A stretch of DNA of 64,000 nt, taken from the NCBI GenBank assembly GCA_030647555.1, contig JAUSJG010000007.1, forward strand, positions 36,169 through 100,168, given 5' to 3'. Of the stretch, positions 49,810 to 60,595 are shown piece after piece. The notes below the pieces were generated by a model. It was given only the letters and a program-made list of their open reading frames with translations, searched no databases and was not told the origin of the DNA. Position numbers and translations under genes: made by a program. How positions within the stretch are numbered: position 1 is the stretch's first letter; each line of letters starts with the position of its first letter. The stretch comes from a bacterium (GTDB lineage Bacteria; Patescibacteriota; Andersenbacteria; UBA10190; CAIZMI01).

Positions 49810-49945
49810 AATGTTAATTTATGCTTTATTACGATTTATTAAGTATGATGCATAACCTCACTTTTATTCAAGGCCATTAAATGAATGATGATATATGATT
49901 TATGAATGTTGGATGACATATTCATCGTTCGCGTTTCATAAATCA

Positions 49946-50389
49946 TTATTCATTAATCATTCTTTCAACAACCGCTTTCACCCGTCCCCCATCCACTTGT
50001 CCTTTTAATTTCCCAAGAATCGCGCCGGTAATCTTGCCAATGTTTTTTTCACCGGTAATTTGGCCGATAAAATCCACCACAAATTTTTCCAGATCGGCAT
50101 CGGAAATTTGTGCCGGCAAATATGCCTCCAAAATTTTCTGCTCCGCGAGCTCTTTTTCAGAATCGGCCATACGTCCCCCTTTCGCAAAAGCTTCCGACGC
50201 TTCGCGCCGTTTTTTAATCTCTCGCTGAACAATCTTTTGAAGTTCCTCATTTGGAAGTTCTTCCAGCCTTAACGCAATCTTTTGATTTGTTATTTGAGAC
50301 TGAAGCAGGCGCAAGGTGGAAAGACGCAGAACATCGCCAGCCTTCAAGCTCAAGCGCAAGTCTGCCGTTATTTGTTCAGCGAGCGTCAT
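49946..50389 (-). CDS. GatB/YqeY domain protein
   Basis: 147 aa. The MTLAEQITADLRLSLKAGD... YqeY family pattern. Confidence 0.75.
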   Translation of the reverse strand: MTLAEQITADLRLSLKAGDVLRLSTLRLLQSQITNQKIALRLEELPNEELQKIVQREIKKRREASEAFAKGGRMADSEKELAEQKILEAYLPAQISDADLEKFVVDFIGQITGEKNIGKITGAILGKLKGQVDGGRVKAVVERMINE

Positions 50390-50402
50390 TTATTATATAG
50401 TT

Positions 50403-50648
50403 TTAAAAACCGCCGGAACGTTCGTGAGTACGTTCTTCCAATTTGCCCAATTTCTTTAACGTATCTCTTTCATCCTTAAGTTCGGTTTTGCGAATCGCTT
50501 CTTTTCTCTGGCGTTGCTTGCTTTTCGGACGTTCGTAATAACGGACCTTTTTGGCCTGAATAATCACTCCGCTTTGTTGCACCTTACGGTGAAAGCGACG
50601 CAAAAGACTATCGAGCGATTCGTGCTCTTTTTTCTTCACTTCAAACAT
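50403..50648 (-). CDS. rpsU: 30S ribosomal protein S21
   Basis: LRRFHRKVQQSG...KR(Q)R basic tail. Confidence 0.85.
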   Translation of the reverse strand: MFEVKKKEHESLDSLLRRFHRKVQQSGVIIQAKKVRYYERPKSKQRQRKEAIRKTELKDERDTLKKLGKLEERTHERSGGF

Positions 50649-50744
50649 GAATAAAACTCACCTCTTTCTTTAAATTTGAATGCCTAAATAGTAACAGGGC
50701 AACCAAAAAGTGTCAAAATTCTGTAGACAACCGTCAAACAGGGT

Positions 50745-50960
50745 CCGTCCCTGCACGCCAGGGTCGGACCCTGATCGGCGTAGTAAAAAGTTTTCGTCGT
50801 CGCATACCCCTCTTTCCACACCACACGTAACTTTAGTAAAATGTGGTTTCAAAGAGAGCCACCCATTTGGGCGAGTCGCTCTGATGAGCGGGAATCAGCG
50901 TCGTCGAGAGGGTGCGTCCCTGCCGAGCAGGGTCGGACCCTGATTTGCGTCAAAAAAGTT
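50745..50960. repeat. Two ~70-bp direct repeats, each containing CAGGGTCGGACCCTG-type REP-like hairpins
   Basis: 50745-50815 and 50905-50975 share GGGT(C/G)CGTCCCTGC...CAGGGTCGGACCCTGAT..GCGT..AAAAAGTTTTC. Confidence 0.7.
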
Positions 50961-50969
50961 TTCATCGCG

Positions 50970-52796
50970 TCACCGTAACGTCGCACCAAGCAACCGCCGT
51001 TTCATCTCCAATAGGACTTCAATCGTCTGCTGACTGATTTTCTCTTTCCCGATAATTTTATCAACTTCATATGCAAACTTGTTGCGAAGATCGTCTACTT
51101 TATCCATGTAATTAACAGGCTTATTCTTCTTTTCTTTTAGTAATCCCTCTTCAAAGTCGCTCAAGAAATTTCGCAAATCACTTAACGGTTTGTCTAGCTT
51201 TTCATAATCACCCTTGATTATCGAAGGGTCATTAGCTTTTTTCTTATCCAAAAGTGTTACCAATATTTTTTGAATCGCGACAACCGCATCACCAATCTTC
51301 TCGCCGATTTTTACACCATCCGTTTCCGATACCGTCTCATCAACGGTCTTGACTTCATTCATACCAATCACTCCTTCTTTGCTTTCATCGAAAACACCGT
51401 TGTTATTAACATAAGTTGAATCAACGTAGTAATCTCCGGCGGTGTTACCGCTTATTTTGAGCGTATACTTCCCTACTTTTGGATTACGAATGGTAACAAG
51501 GATAATATCGTCAGGGTCGGAAGGGTCATCGTCAAAATTGGCATTGTCTTCACCGAGTTGGTTTTCAGTCCGTGAAAGTAGCTTCCCGTCGGGATCGGTC
51601 ACTTCGAAAGCGACGTTGGGAGAGACGGTAAAGGAGAGCATACTGTCGGGAGCGACATATTCATCGCCATCCGCTCTGGCAAACGGTGTAATCAGGAGAT
51701 TTTGTGCCAACGCGCGAAACGGCTGGGGTAAATACCACATGATTGGTGGATTAATAAACCACGGAATTGTAAAACGTGCGTCATCGGGAATTTTGATATG
51801 CGAAGTACCCTCCAACTGGAAATCATCAATTTCGGAAATACCGGCACTGGCTACTAAAACGGTTTCATCTCCCTGCGTTGAGTTTGCCACTGGCGGATCT
51901 GGAATCGGATGGCCATCGCGCCAACGCGCGAGTGTTGCGTCCGCCTGTTCATCAACGGGGTTCACGGTAATTTCTCCCATTGTTTTTCCGGTCAAACCAT
52001 AATAAATTCGCGTGTTATCACCGACGTGTGATTTCAGAACAGCGATATTGTTGTTCAGGTTGATAAGGAAATCGTTTTTGTCTTTCATCTCACTCAACGT
52101 CACCATTCCCGCTCCGTCTCTGACAAAGGGCACGGTGGGCAACAAGTCCTTAATTGACGGGAAGAATTCGCGGAAAGAGAGAGGGGGAAGGATGTCTTTT
52201 TTGTTACGTGTTCTTTTTAATGACCACTGAATATTATTAAAAAATGATTTATAAAAATAGTTCCAACTCTGCGGATATAGCCCTCCCTCCCAGACAACAT
52301 ATGCATCCGACGCCCCATAATTTGGCGTTCCCATCATTACCAATTTATTAACATCGTGCCCGTAACTATCGTTTTGAATATACGCACGCGAAAGCAAACC
52401 GCCCATACTGTGTGCTACCAAATCAACGTGGTCTTGCCCGCTGATGCGTTTCGCTTCATCAATCTTCGGTTTTAGATATTTCGACCAATTTTCTGAAACG
52501 GGTTTCCGCCAATCGTAATGGGCGATAAAAAGTGTTTTTCCTTCTTCAAAACCCCTTGCCTTCAACTCATTTATTAACGCTTTGTAAACGTTTCCACCCC
52601 ACACAAAACCCCATTTGTTATCTTCTTTGTCCTGGTACATCAGTTTTTTATCGAACGATGCCAACATTCCCGGAACAATCACGACGGGGCAAACAGGATC
52701 ACATCCGGCGTGAACAGCGAGTGCAGGACTAAAAAGAACAAGAACAGAAAGAACGATGTTGAATAATTGTCTATATTTGTCCGCCATAAATTCCAC
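50970..52796 (-). CDS. Secreted alpha/beta-hydrolase (LCAT/PGAP1-like lipase/esterase) with a C-terminal beta-rich domain
   Basis: A signal peptide, then a GxSxG nucleophile elbow, AHSMGG. 608 aa. Confidence 0.65.
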   Translation of the reverse strand: MEFMADKYRQLFNIVLSVLVLFSPALAVHAGCDPVCPVVIVPGMLASFDKKLMYQDKEDNKWGFVWGGNVYKALINELKARGFEEGKTLFIAHYDWRKPVSENWSKYLKPKIDEAKRISGQDHVDLVAHSMGGLLSRAYIQNDSYGHDVNKLVMMGTPNYGASDAYVVWEGGLYPQSWNYFYKSFFNNIQWSLKRTRNKKDILPPLSFREFFPSIKDLLPTVPFVRDGAGMVTLSEMKDKNDFLINLNNNIAVLKSHVGDNTRIYYGLTGKTMGEITVNPVDEQADATLARWRDGHPIPDPPVANSTQGDETVLVASAGISEIDDFQLEGTSHIKIPDDARFTIPWFINPPIMWYLPQPFRALAQNLLITPFARADGDEYVAPDSMLSFTVSPNVAFEVTDPDGKLLSRTENQLGEDNANFDDDPSDPDDIILVTIRNPKVGKYTLKISGNTAGDYYVDSTYVNNNGVFDESKEGVIGMNEVKTVDETVSETDGVKIGEKIGDAVVAIQKILVTLLDKKKANDPSIIKGDYEKLDKPLSDLRNFLSDFEEGLLKEKKNKPVNYMDKVDDLRNKFAYEVDKIIGKEKISQQTIEVLLEMKRRLLGATLR

Positions 52797-53085
52797 GGAC
52801 AGTTATCCCGCCCATTATTTCAATAATCCACCACGGCAAATTATATCCAAGCCAAAAAAGTATAGCACTAACAATAATTACTATAATAATCATCTTTTTT
52901 GTAATTTCCCTTTTTTTCTTTTTTTGCCACAGAAGCCAAGCCCAGGGAAGTATGACAAGTACATATGAAAGATAAATTGTTGAATATCCCAACAAAGCAG
53001 CAGTTATTCCAGCCATTTTATCTGAAAAAGTCGGATACCCCGCAGGATTCTCCCCCAACAACTTCAATAACATATCCACAATCAT
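52771..53085 (-). CDS. Putative small membrane protein
   Basis: 104-aa ORF with two or three hydrophobic segments. It overlaps the lipase start by 26 nt. Weak support. Confidence 0.3.
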   Translation of the reverse strand: MIVDMLLKLLGENPAGYPTFSDKMAGITAALLGYSTIYLSYVLVILPWAWLLWQKKKKREITKKMIIIVIIVSAILFWLGYNLPWWIIEIMGGITVRGIYGGQI

Positions 53086-53255
53086 ATTTATATTTTAGCA
53101 CTCCGCAGCTTTAATACAAATATATGGCGATACAAGAAACATCCGGCTCCCCTTTCCGTGTTTGGCCACCATGAGCAGTAGTAGCAAAACGAGTTGCTTT
53201 TTGAAGATTAACAAAAGTACCTGACATTTTTAGATTATCCTTCATACATATTTAA

Positions 53256-53879
53256 TCAAATAATTACAGAGCGTACCGCCATTCGATCTAATGAATTATT
53301 ATATTTCTGAAGTAATTCAGGGTTTTTTTCGATAATTAATAAGTTGTAATATTTTTGCCATGCTTTCTTAAAATCACGAAAATATGCGTTATTATGAAAC
53401 CTTAATCTTTTATCAACAATTTGCACGCCAGCATCTTTATCAATACATCCTTCACAATAAAAAATACCTTCTCCGTCAGTATATCCATCTGATTGATTTT
53501 GAACCAATGAATCTGCTTTTATAAAATATTCGTGTGCTAAACCACAACGAAATAGCGTATAAATATTTCCTTCCTTGTCTATGAAATCTACATCCTTAAA
53601 TTTCTGCTTAAATTCTTTGTAGTGATTCTTATCACTATTCCACTCAAAAAACTCCAGCGCCTTATTAAACTGTTCTTGACTTTTTCCCTGTAAACCAAGC
53701 GTTCCATTTGCAAGTCCACCAAGAAATTCTGTGTTAGATAACAGAGCCAAAGCCACAGTATAATTTGCTTTCGCCTTGATACAATTTTGAATATCGTTAA
53801 AGATAAAACCAAAAATATATTTCTTAAAGTATTCTTTTATTAACTCTTCATTTCTTTCCATATTTTTTATTTCTCCCAA
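53256..53879 (-). CDS. Hypothetical protein; the last gene of the R-M operon
   Basis: 207 aa. It overlaps the hsdMS stop by 13 nt, so it is probably co-transcribed. No recognisable domain. Confidence 0.45.
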   Translation of the reverse strand: MGEIKNMERNEELIKEYFKKYIFGFIFNDIQNCIKAKANYTVALALLSNTEFLGGLANGTLGLQGKSQEQFNKALEFFEWNSDKNHYKEFKQKFKDVDFIDKEGNIYTLFRCGLAHEYFIKADSLVQNQSDGYTDGEGIFYCEGCIDKDAGVQIVDKRLRFHNNAYFRDFKKAWQKYYNLLIIEKNPELLQKYNNSLDRMAVRSVII

Positions 53880-56401
53880 AGTTTAGCGATAGCTTCTTTG
53901 GTTTTTTGTTCGTAGATTTCGATCAGTTTTTTGGCGGATTCTACCAATGCGCGCTCGGCTTCGATTTTTTCCACTATTTGTTTTTGTATGGCGAGAGATG
54001 GAAGAGGAATTTCTATCTCAAGAAGATTTCCTTTACTAATTCTTTGTCTTGTGGCCCCCGATAAATCAGAGTTGATTCTCTTCTGATATTCATCGGTTTG
54101 GGTTATTGATACAAAATATTTTGCATTAATTGGATTATCAAACCGAAAAATTGTACAGTCTACAGCTGTTATTGTTCTTTTGTTTATTTCTGGAAGTATA
54201 CAGGCTCGTCCGACAGGATCTGGTAATCTTGATAGTAATACATCTCCAACAAAAATTTCTGTGCATTTTAATCTCTTAAATGTCTCATTAGAAATATATC
54301 TTTCTTTGCCGGCCTTATCTATGTATTCACCAATACCAACATTACCCGTCTGAATTAACCTAATCCCACTATCAGATTGGTCTTTTGATTCTATCCAATC
54401 GCCATCATCAATAAATTTTGCAATCCTGCCCAACTTCACCTTTTTCCACTCGGGGTCGATGTCGATTTTGGGTTTCCAGTTTTGGACTATTTGTTTGGCT
54501 CCGGCGATTATACTCGCGTAGCCGTCCAACTCCGCCACAATTTGTTCTTGAATTTCGAGAGGCGGAAGAGGGATTTGAAGTCTTTCAAAATTTGATTTTG
54601 AAATTTCAGCAAAAGTGCCTCCACTCGACATTGCTTTCATTTCATCAACCAACTCTGTAAGTGCCCACGCTATGTACATATAGTCGGTTAATTTTTTATC
54701 ACGGATGACTACATTTTTGAAGCCTTGATTAGTGGCCAACTCAATAGAATTTGTAGCTATTCTTCCAATAGTAGCCCGTGAGGATACAAGTACAGAATGT
54801 CTGGGTAGTAGTTTGGCGGATGAATTTTTCAGCCCATCCTTTGTTATTTTTCTCTGCGTTTCTTTTATGTCATTCAACAAATTACTTGCAGGTAAATCTA
54901 CTAACGTCGCCCAATTTACATCTCCATTCCAATATTTTTCATTTTTCGAGTCTGGAGTACCACCTGATTCAATATTAAAATATTTTTCATTTCCCAACTT
55001 CACCATTGGCCACTTGGCATTGGTGTAGTCGGTGGCGATGCGGTAGCGATCGCCGGAGAGGTTATAGTCGCCATTTTCGGCAATTTTTTCTTTTAATACG
55101 GCGACAGCCAGAGATTGCTTCCCCACTTCGCCAAGGCTTCGAGAGGCAGGCGCAATGACGGGCGACGCTTGCCATTTTTTTAGGATTTCCAAAGCTATCG
55201 GCAAATCGTTTTTGCTGATTGGTCGCTTGGTCGCGCCGAGGTCAAAGCCGTCTTGTTCTATTTTTACAAACAGAATTTCTTTGCTTTGTTTTGCCAGCTC
55301 ATTATTGAAAAGCAAAATACTCGTTTTCACTCCGCTGTATGGCGCAAATACGCCAGACGGCAAACTAACTACTGCATAAAGTCCGTCCTCTACGAGATTT
55401 TTGCGAAGCTGTTTGTGCGCTGTGCCTGATTGAAAGATAATTCCTTCCGGCACAATGATACCGGCGCGTCCCTTTGGTCGCAGGTGGTTCATAATGTAAT
55501 CAACAAACAAAACTTCTGAACGACTTGATTGAACACTGAATTTGCTGTGCGGTTTGATCCCGCCTTTTGGTGACATAAACGGTGGATTGGCGAGAATCAC
55601 ATCAAACTTATCATTCCAGCGTTCTTCACTGGAAAGTGAGTCGTATTGGAAAATCTTAGGATTTTTGAACTGATGCAAATACATATTGACCTGCGCAATA
55701 CGCACCATCGTCGGGTCTATATCATAACCCTCAAAATTGTTCATTATTTTCTTTCGCTCATCTGGCGTTAGTGATTTTTCTTTCTTGTCCGGATCATCTT
55801 TACCGTCATGTTGTTCCAGAATATGTTGGTACGACTTCATCAAAAACCCGCCCGTGCCACAAGCGGGATCAAGCACTTTGTCATCTTTCGTTGGATTTAC
55901 AACATCGACAATAAAATCAATGATGTGGCGAGGCGTGCGAAATTGCCCAGCGTCCCCCTGGCTCGACATAACGGAAAGCAGATATTCGTAAGCGTTACCG
56001 AGTTCCTCCGGATGAGAGTAGTCAAAGTAATCAATCTCTTTCAAAAATAGTCCGAGCGTTTCGGGTGAGCGATACGGCAAAAAAGCGGATTTAAAAATTC
56101 CACGGAAAAGTTCCGGCAATTGTTTGGCTTCGGAAAACTTCAACAGCGCATCGGAATATAAATTCATGCGCTCCTGATTTCCCATCCGCGCGTCCATTAA
56201 TCGTGTCCAGGCATAACGCTCTAAATTACCAACGAAAAAAGATGGTTCGCCACCCGCCTTGATAGCCGCTTGATCCATATCATCCATAAATTTGTAAATC
56301 AGCGCGTTGGTAATTTGATCGATTTGCGATGTGGGATTTGGCACGACGCCAACCAATACTTGGCGAGCCGCGTCGATATGACGTTTTGTGTCTGCGTTCA
56401 T
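53867..56401 (-). CDS. Type I R-M fused methyltransferase-specificity protein (HsdM-HsdS fusion)
   Basis: The N-terminal ~440 aa are an N6-adenine MTase, with DPACGTGGFL (motif I) and NPPF (motif IV). The C-terminal ~400 aa hold two target-recognition domains and the conserved HsdS central and distal helices (LPPLEIQEQIV, LPSLAIQKQIV). Confidence 0.8.
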   Translation of the reverse strand: MNADTKRHIDAARQVLVGVVPNPTSQIDQITNALIYKFMDDMDQAAIKAGGEPSFFVGNLERYAWTRLMDARMGNQERMNLYSDALLKFSEAKQLPELFRGIFKSAFLPYRSPETLGLFLKEIDYFDYSHPEELGNAYEYLLSVMSSQGDAGQFRTPRHIIDFIVDVVNPTKDDKVLDPACGTGGFLMKSYQHILEQHDGKDDPDKKEKSLTPDERKKIMNNFEGYDIDPTMVRIAQVNMYLHQFKNPKIFQYDSLSSEERWNDKFDVILANPPFMSPKGGIKPHSKFSVQSSRSEVLFVDYIMNHLRPKGRAGIIVPEGIIFQSGTAHKQLRKNLVEDGLYAVVSLPSGVFAPYSGVKTSILLFNNELAKQSKEILFVKIEQDGFDLGATKRPISKNDLPIALEILKKWQASPVIAPASRSLGEVGKQSLAVAVLKEKIAENGDYNLSGDRYRIATDYTNAKWPMVKLGNEKYFNIESGGTPDSKNEKYWNGDVNWATLVDLPASNLLNDIKETQRKITKDGLKNSSAKLLPRHSVLVSSRATIGRIATNSIELATNQGFKNVVIRDKKLTDYMYIAWALTELVDEMKAMSSGGTFAEISKSNFERLQIPLPPLEIQEQIVAELDGYASIIAGAKQIVQNWKPKIDIDPEWKKVKLGRIAKFIDDGDWIESKDQSDSGIRLIQTGNVGIGEYIDKAGKERYISNETFKRLKCTEIFVGDVLLSRLPDPVGRACILPEINKRTITAVDCTIFRFDNPINAKYFVSITQTDEYQKRINSDLSGATRQRISKGNLLEIEIPLPSLAIQKQIVEKIEAERALVESAKKLIEIYEQKTKEAIAKLWEK

Positions 56402-56522
56402 ATTATTTCAATTTTTTAAGATTAACCGCCTTTCTACTACATTCTCACTACATGATTTTTTGGCTAAGATAGGCCATTTTTATGAATTTTATCAACAATA
56501 TTCATAAAACCACTACATGCTT

Positions 56523-57962
56523 TTATGCCCAATTTGGTACATATTCTTTCTGTTTTTCAGATTCCTTAATGAAACCTTTTTCTATTGTTGCCTTAATAAT
56601 TATTGAAGCAGTTGGATAGTTTTTTTCTCCGATACTAAGTCTCTCTCTAAGAGTTGCATTTGTCATTCTTGATTTTTCTATATATTTCAAAACACAATGC
56701 TGAAAACACGCACGTACTTTATCATCCAAAGTCATCTCCTTTAAATCTTTATGTGCATATAGAGTGACTTTCGTAAAATCATCATATTTTTCAAAACTAG
56801 GTGCTGGCAATTGGTATAAAGCCACGTTAACTAATGCTCGATCAATACCAGTCCCTCCCTCTTCACAAACACCAATTTGCCTCATAAACGAAGCTAAGTC
56901 TTCATTTCTAGACCGTGGAGGGTGATCAATAAATCTATCCGTTTCAATTAATGGTTCCCCCGTATTGGTTATTTCAATTCTATTATCAAATATTTCTATC
57001 ATTGGTCCAGCGCCTGATATTGAAAGATCTTGATGAATAAGTGCATTGGCAACAAATTCACGAATTGCAACTTCTGGATACATCTTTGCTTCTTTTCTCA
57101 ATGCTTTGGAGATTACTTCATTGTGGGGAAGCTTGTCGTTTACATAATCAAGTAAATTCTCAAATGCAATTGCATATCCAAGTGCTCCCACTTGCTCTTT
57201 TACCCTTTCGACCTTTGTATTGCCTTTGTAGAGTACAACTCTTACAGATTTTCTCCTGACCGTTGGAAAATCATTCAAATTTTTAGCAAACAAAATAGCT
57301 CCAAGATTTGTAATATCGTAGTTGTTATTAAAAACCTTTTTTACTAATCCATGCTGAGCCATTTTTTCAACAAATTGGTTCGTTTCACTTGGAATCTCTT
57401 GCTTTGTAAGAGAAAAATATTTTGAATAGTCTAATAAGCCCAATACATCTGCAATAGTCAAATTTTCCTGCGCTATTCCTTTTTCAAAACTTTTTTTATT
57501 AATATTATCCCAAATCTTTCTTTCTTTCTCAGGATAGTCATTTAGTTTTGGAGTAGCTGATCCAACCCTGATATAAGCTATGTTATTAAACTTTACTGGT
57601 TGGTTTGTAGCGGGTGGAATCTCAAAAATGACAACATTTTTTTCTTCGTGCTGGAATTCGTGAATAGTGAAATTAATCCTCGGATTTAAATGTTGTGACA
57701 GCCAAAATTCTAACTGATCATTGCCAATCTTTTCTCTGCTGGGAAAAAAATTTGTACCAACAATTTCATGATTATCATCCTTGATACCGAACACAATGTA
57801 AGCGAATTTTTTATCCTTCAGATTTGCAGAGTTTGATAACGCTGATATCCTTTTGCCAATATCGTCTTTATTATAGTTATTTTCCTTGAATTCAACTGTT
57901 TCATCTTCAATTGGAAGTAAAACTAAATTTTTTAATAATAACCTTAATTGCTCTTTATCCAT
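56523..57962 (-). CDS. Schlafen/AlbA_2-domain plus HATPase_c_4 (RecG-C-terminal-like) putative regulator
   Basis: N-terminal ETVEFKE...ISALSNS is an AlbA_2 DNA-binding fold. The C-terminal segment is a GHKL-type ATPase-like domain. Sits between hsdMS and hsdR. Confidence 0.6.
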   Translation of the reverse strand: MDKEQLRLLLKNLVLLPIEDETVEFKENNYNKDDIGKRISALSNSANLKDKKFAYIVFGIKDDNHEIVGTNFFPSREKIGNDQLEFWLSQHLNPRINFTIHEFQHEEKNVVIFEIPPATNQPVKFNNIAYIRVGSATPKLNDYPEKERKIWDNINKKSFEKGIAQENLTIADVLGLLDYSKYFSLTKQEIPSETNQFVEKMAQHGLVKKVFNNNYDITNLGAILFAKNLNDFPTVRRKSVRVVLYKGNTKVERVKEQVGALGYAIAFENLLDYVNDKLPHNEVISKALRKEAKMYPEVAIREFVANALIHQDLSISGAGPMIEIFDNRIEITNTGEPLIETDRFIDHPPRSRNEDLASFMRQIGVCEEGGTGIDRALVNVALYQLPAPSFEKYDDFTKVTLYAHKDLKEMTLDDKVRACFQHCVLKYIEKSRMTNATLRERLSIGEKNYPTASIIIKATIEKGFIKESEKQKEYVPNWA

Positions 57963-57964
57963 AT

Positions 57965-60544
57965 CTATAAATTTGTTAAATGATAGGCATAATCACGGAC
58001 ATATTGCGGGACGACTGACTTGAATCCGTTGAGTTGTTGATATTCGTCAAAATGAAATGATGACTCCGTATTAAAACGACCGATTTGACGGCTCGTGACG
58101 ATTTCACGGACTTTTTCATCCGTCACATACGCTTTAAAAAACATTTTGACTGGCGCGTAGTGCGTTTGATCCACCGGATTCACTTCCATAAACTTTTCCC
58201 ATTCTGATTCGAGCAGGTCATCTTTCATCTCAAAAGTTTCTTTGTCGCCAAAAGCTACCTGCAAAAATTCTTTGACGGTAATACGGCGATCAACGCCAAA
58301 AATCTTTTTGATCTTGTCGAGGTTGAGGAAATATTTTGGCTTATCAAAAACCTGCTTTTGGGCAAAATTTTCGGCTTCTTCGGTGTCGCCGTTTTCCCAC
58401 ATATTTTTGAGTTTTTCGTTGCCAAGCACATCTTCTTCCACGGCACGCTTGAAGCCCTCACGGTCAATGCGCATAATCACGCCCTCGGGAGTTTCGGAAA
58501 GCGTAGCGAGTTCGTCGCTGGTCGCCAGGTCTATCGGGCCTTTTGCCCCAATAGGCTCGTCGCCCACAACACCAGCGCCATCTGCACCTAAGCCAGTGCC
58601 GTCAGAGCCAGTTGATGGTGTGATAAAAGGATAAGTAAGTTTTATTTTTTCATCATAATCAAATTCATTTTCAAAATATTCGCAGGTAGCAAAGAAATCA
58701 AAAAACTTGAATTTTTCTTTTGGTTCTATAACTGGATCGTTTTGATAATCGTTATATTCAAACTGCCATTTCCTTGTGCCTCGTCCTTTGATCTGCACAA
58801 AATCAGTCGGACTAAAAACCGGACGCATCAGCGCGATATTGAGTAAATCTTGGCAATCGTAGCCGGTTGTCATCATTCCTACAGTCACGGCAACACGAGT
58901 TTTACTCGAGTCGTAGCCTTCGGGGTGGTTTGTTTGTCCACCAAGACGATTATTGGCAAAATTGATGGTCATTTGCTGGGCACTCGCTACTTGCGAAGAA
59001 ACTTGCATCGCGAAATTGGATTCGCTGTATTGTTCCGGCCATTTTTCAAAAGCAATTTTGTTCAAGACATTGGTTAATCGAGAGGCATGTTTTTGAGATA
59101 CGGCAAAAACTATCGTTTTCCCAAACAAATCCACGCCAAGTTGTTTGGCAACGGGATCAAAAAGTCCGTTATCAATGAGCGCCTTACACATAGCAATATT
59201 GGTTTCTTCGTTGAAAATTTTGCGCTCGTAGTGGCGTTCGTTGAAAGTCTCATCAATTGTTTCGCCACTTTCGGTGAGAGTGTGGACGGCATAGCCTTCT
59301 TCCGAAAGAAGTTCCGTCGTTATGTTTGTGCGAGCGTCCACGAGAGTCGGCTTGATGAGATAGCCCTCCTCCGCGCCTTTTTCCAGATCATATGAAAAAG
59401 TCGGGTTGCCGGCTTCACAGCCAAATGTTTTATAGGTGTCAATCAAAAGTCGGCGCTCATATTCTCTTTGACTATCTGCGCCTTCAGCATCAAAACCTCT
59501 TAGATAATTTTTTGGCGTCGCGGTAAGACCAAGTTTGTAGCCGACAAAATATTCAAAAACCGCACGGCTGTTGCCACCAATGGAACGATGAGCTTCGTCG
59601 GAAATAACCAGTTCAAAATCGGTTGGTGAAAATTCTTTTTTGTAACGATCACCGGCAAGAAAGGTTTGGATCGTGGAAACGACAATGCTGGCCTTTGCCC
59701 ACGAATCTTTGTTTTCTTTGTAGATAACGCTTCGATAATCCTTGCCAAGATATTGAACGAACGCTTTTTGCGCTTGAACTTCGAGCTCAAGGCGATCAAC
59801 GAGAAAAAGTATTCGGCGAGCATTGCCGGATTTGAGAAATAGTTTTATGACCGCGGCAGAAATAAGCGTTTTTCCTGTTCCCGTTGCCATTTCAAACAAA
59901 AATCTTTGGCTTCCATTCTTTGCGCATTCTTGAAGCGCTTTGATTGCTTGCACTTGGTATGGACGAAGTTGCTTGAGTTTATTGGTTTTCAAAAACTCTG
60001 TGCGAGTAGATTCATCTTGAAAAGCAGGGTCTGTCGCGAAGGTTGGAATTTGTGTCGAGACGATATAATTTTCATCAACAACCGTTTGCGCAAGCTCGAC
60101 AGGATTCGGCGTATACTTTTCATATTGAGTTATCGAATCTTGTGTTGGAAAACGAGAAATTGTGTCGGGATTACCGTGTTTGGTATCCCAAAAATAATGA
60201 ATATTGCCGTTTGAGAGGATAACAAAACGAGCACCGGCGTTGCGAGCGTAGTTTCGCGCTTGCTCTTTCGCTGACAGCGGATCAATCGCTTCTTTTTTGG
60301 CCTCTACAACAACGAGGGGACGCTTATCTTTATCTAATAAAAGAAAGTCAATAAAACCGTGAGTTTCATTTTCAAAATCATCACCCAGTTCGGCATATTT
60401 TACGCCCGGCTCAAGGTGGATATTGGCTTTGCCGTTTTTATCATCTTCAAAACGCCAACCTGATTCTTCGAGTAGTTTATTTATTTTAATTCGTGCCTTT
60501 GCTTCTTTTGACATAATGTATTTAAAGTAACGCCGAACGACCAA
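57965..60544 (-). CDS. hsdR: Type I restriction enzyme R subunit (HsdR)
   Basis: An N-terminal PD-(D/E)xK nuclease motif, LLLDKDKRPLVVVEAKK. A helicase Walker A, MATGTGKT, with a DEAH box in VISDEAHRS. 859 aa. Confidence 0.85.
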   Translation of the reverse strand: MVVRRYFKYIMSKEAKARIKINKLLEESGWRFEDDKNGKANIHLEPGVKYAELGDDFENETHGFIDFLLLDKDKRPLVVVEAKKEAIDPLSAKEQARNYARNAGARFVILSNGNIHYFWDTKHGNPDTISRFPTQDSITQYEKYTPNPVELAQTVVDENYIVSTQIPTFATDPAFQDESTRTEFLKTNKLKQLRPYQVQAIKALQECAKNGSQRFLFEMATGTGKTLISAAVIKLFLKSGNARRILFLVDRLELEVQAQKAFVQYLGKDYRSVIYKENKDSWAKASIVVSTIQTFLAGDRYKKEFSPTDFELVISDEAHRSIGGNSRAVFEYFVGYKLGLTATPKNYLRGFDAEGADSQREYERRLLIDTYKTFGCEAGNPTFSYDLEKGAEEGYLIKPTLVDARTNITTELLSEEGYAVHTLTESGETIDETFNERHYERKIFNEETNIAMCKALIDNGLFDPVAKQLGVDLFGKTIVFAVSQKHASRLTNVLNKIAFEKWPEQYSESNFAMQVSSQVASAQQMTINFANNRLGGQTNHPEGYDSSKTRVAVTVGMMTTGYDCQDLLNIALMRPVFSPTDFVQIKGRGTRKWQFEYNDYQNDPVIEPKEKFKFFDFFATCEYFENEFDYDEKIKLTYPFITPSTGSDGTGLGADGAGVVGDEPIGAKGPIDLATSDELATLSETPEGVIMRIDREGFKRAVEEDVLGNEKLKNMWENGDTEEAENFAQKQVFDKPKYFLNLDKIKKIFGVDRRITVKEFLQVAFGDKETFEMKDDLLESEWEKFMEVNPVDQTHYAPVKMFFKAYVTDEKVREIVTSRQIGRFNTESSFHFDEYQQLNGFKSVVPQYVRDYAYHLTNL

Positions 60545-60595
60545 TAAATCAACGCTTAGTTGATATGGATCAAGTACAGGATTATTGCTCGCCGA

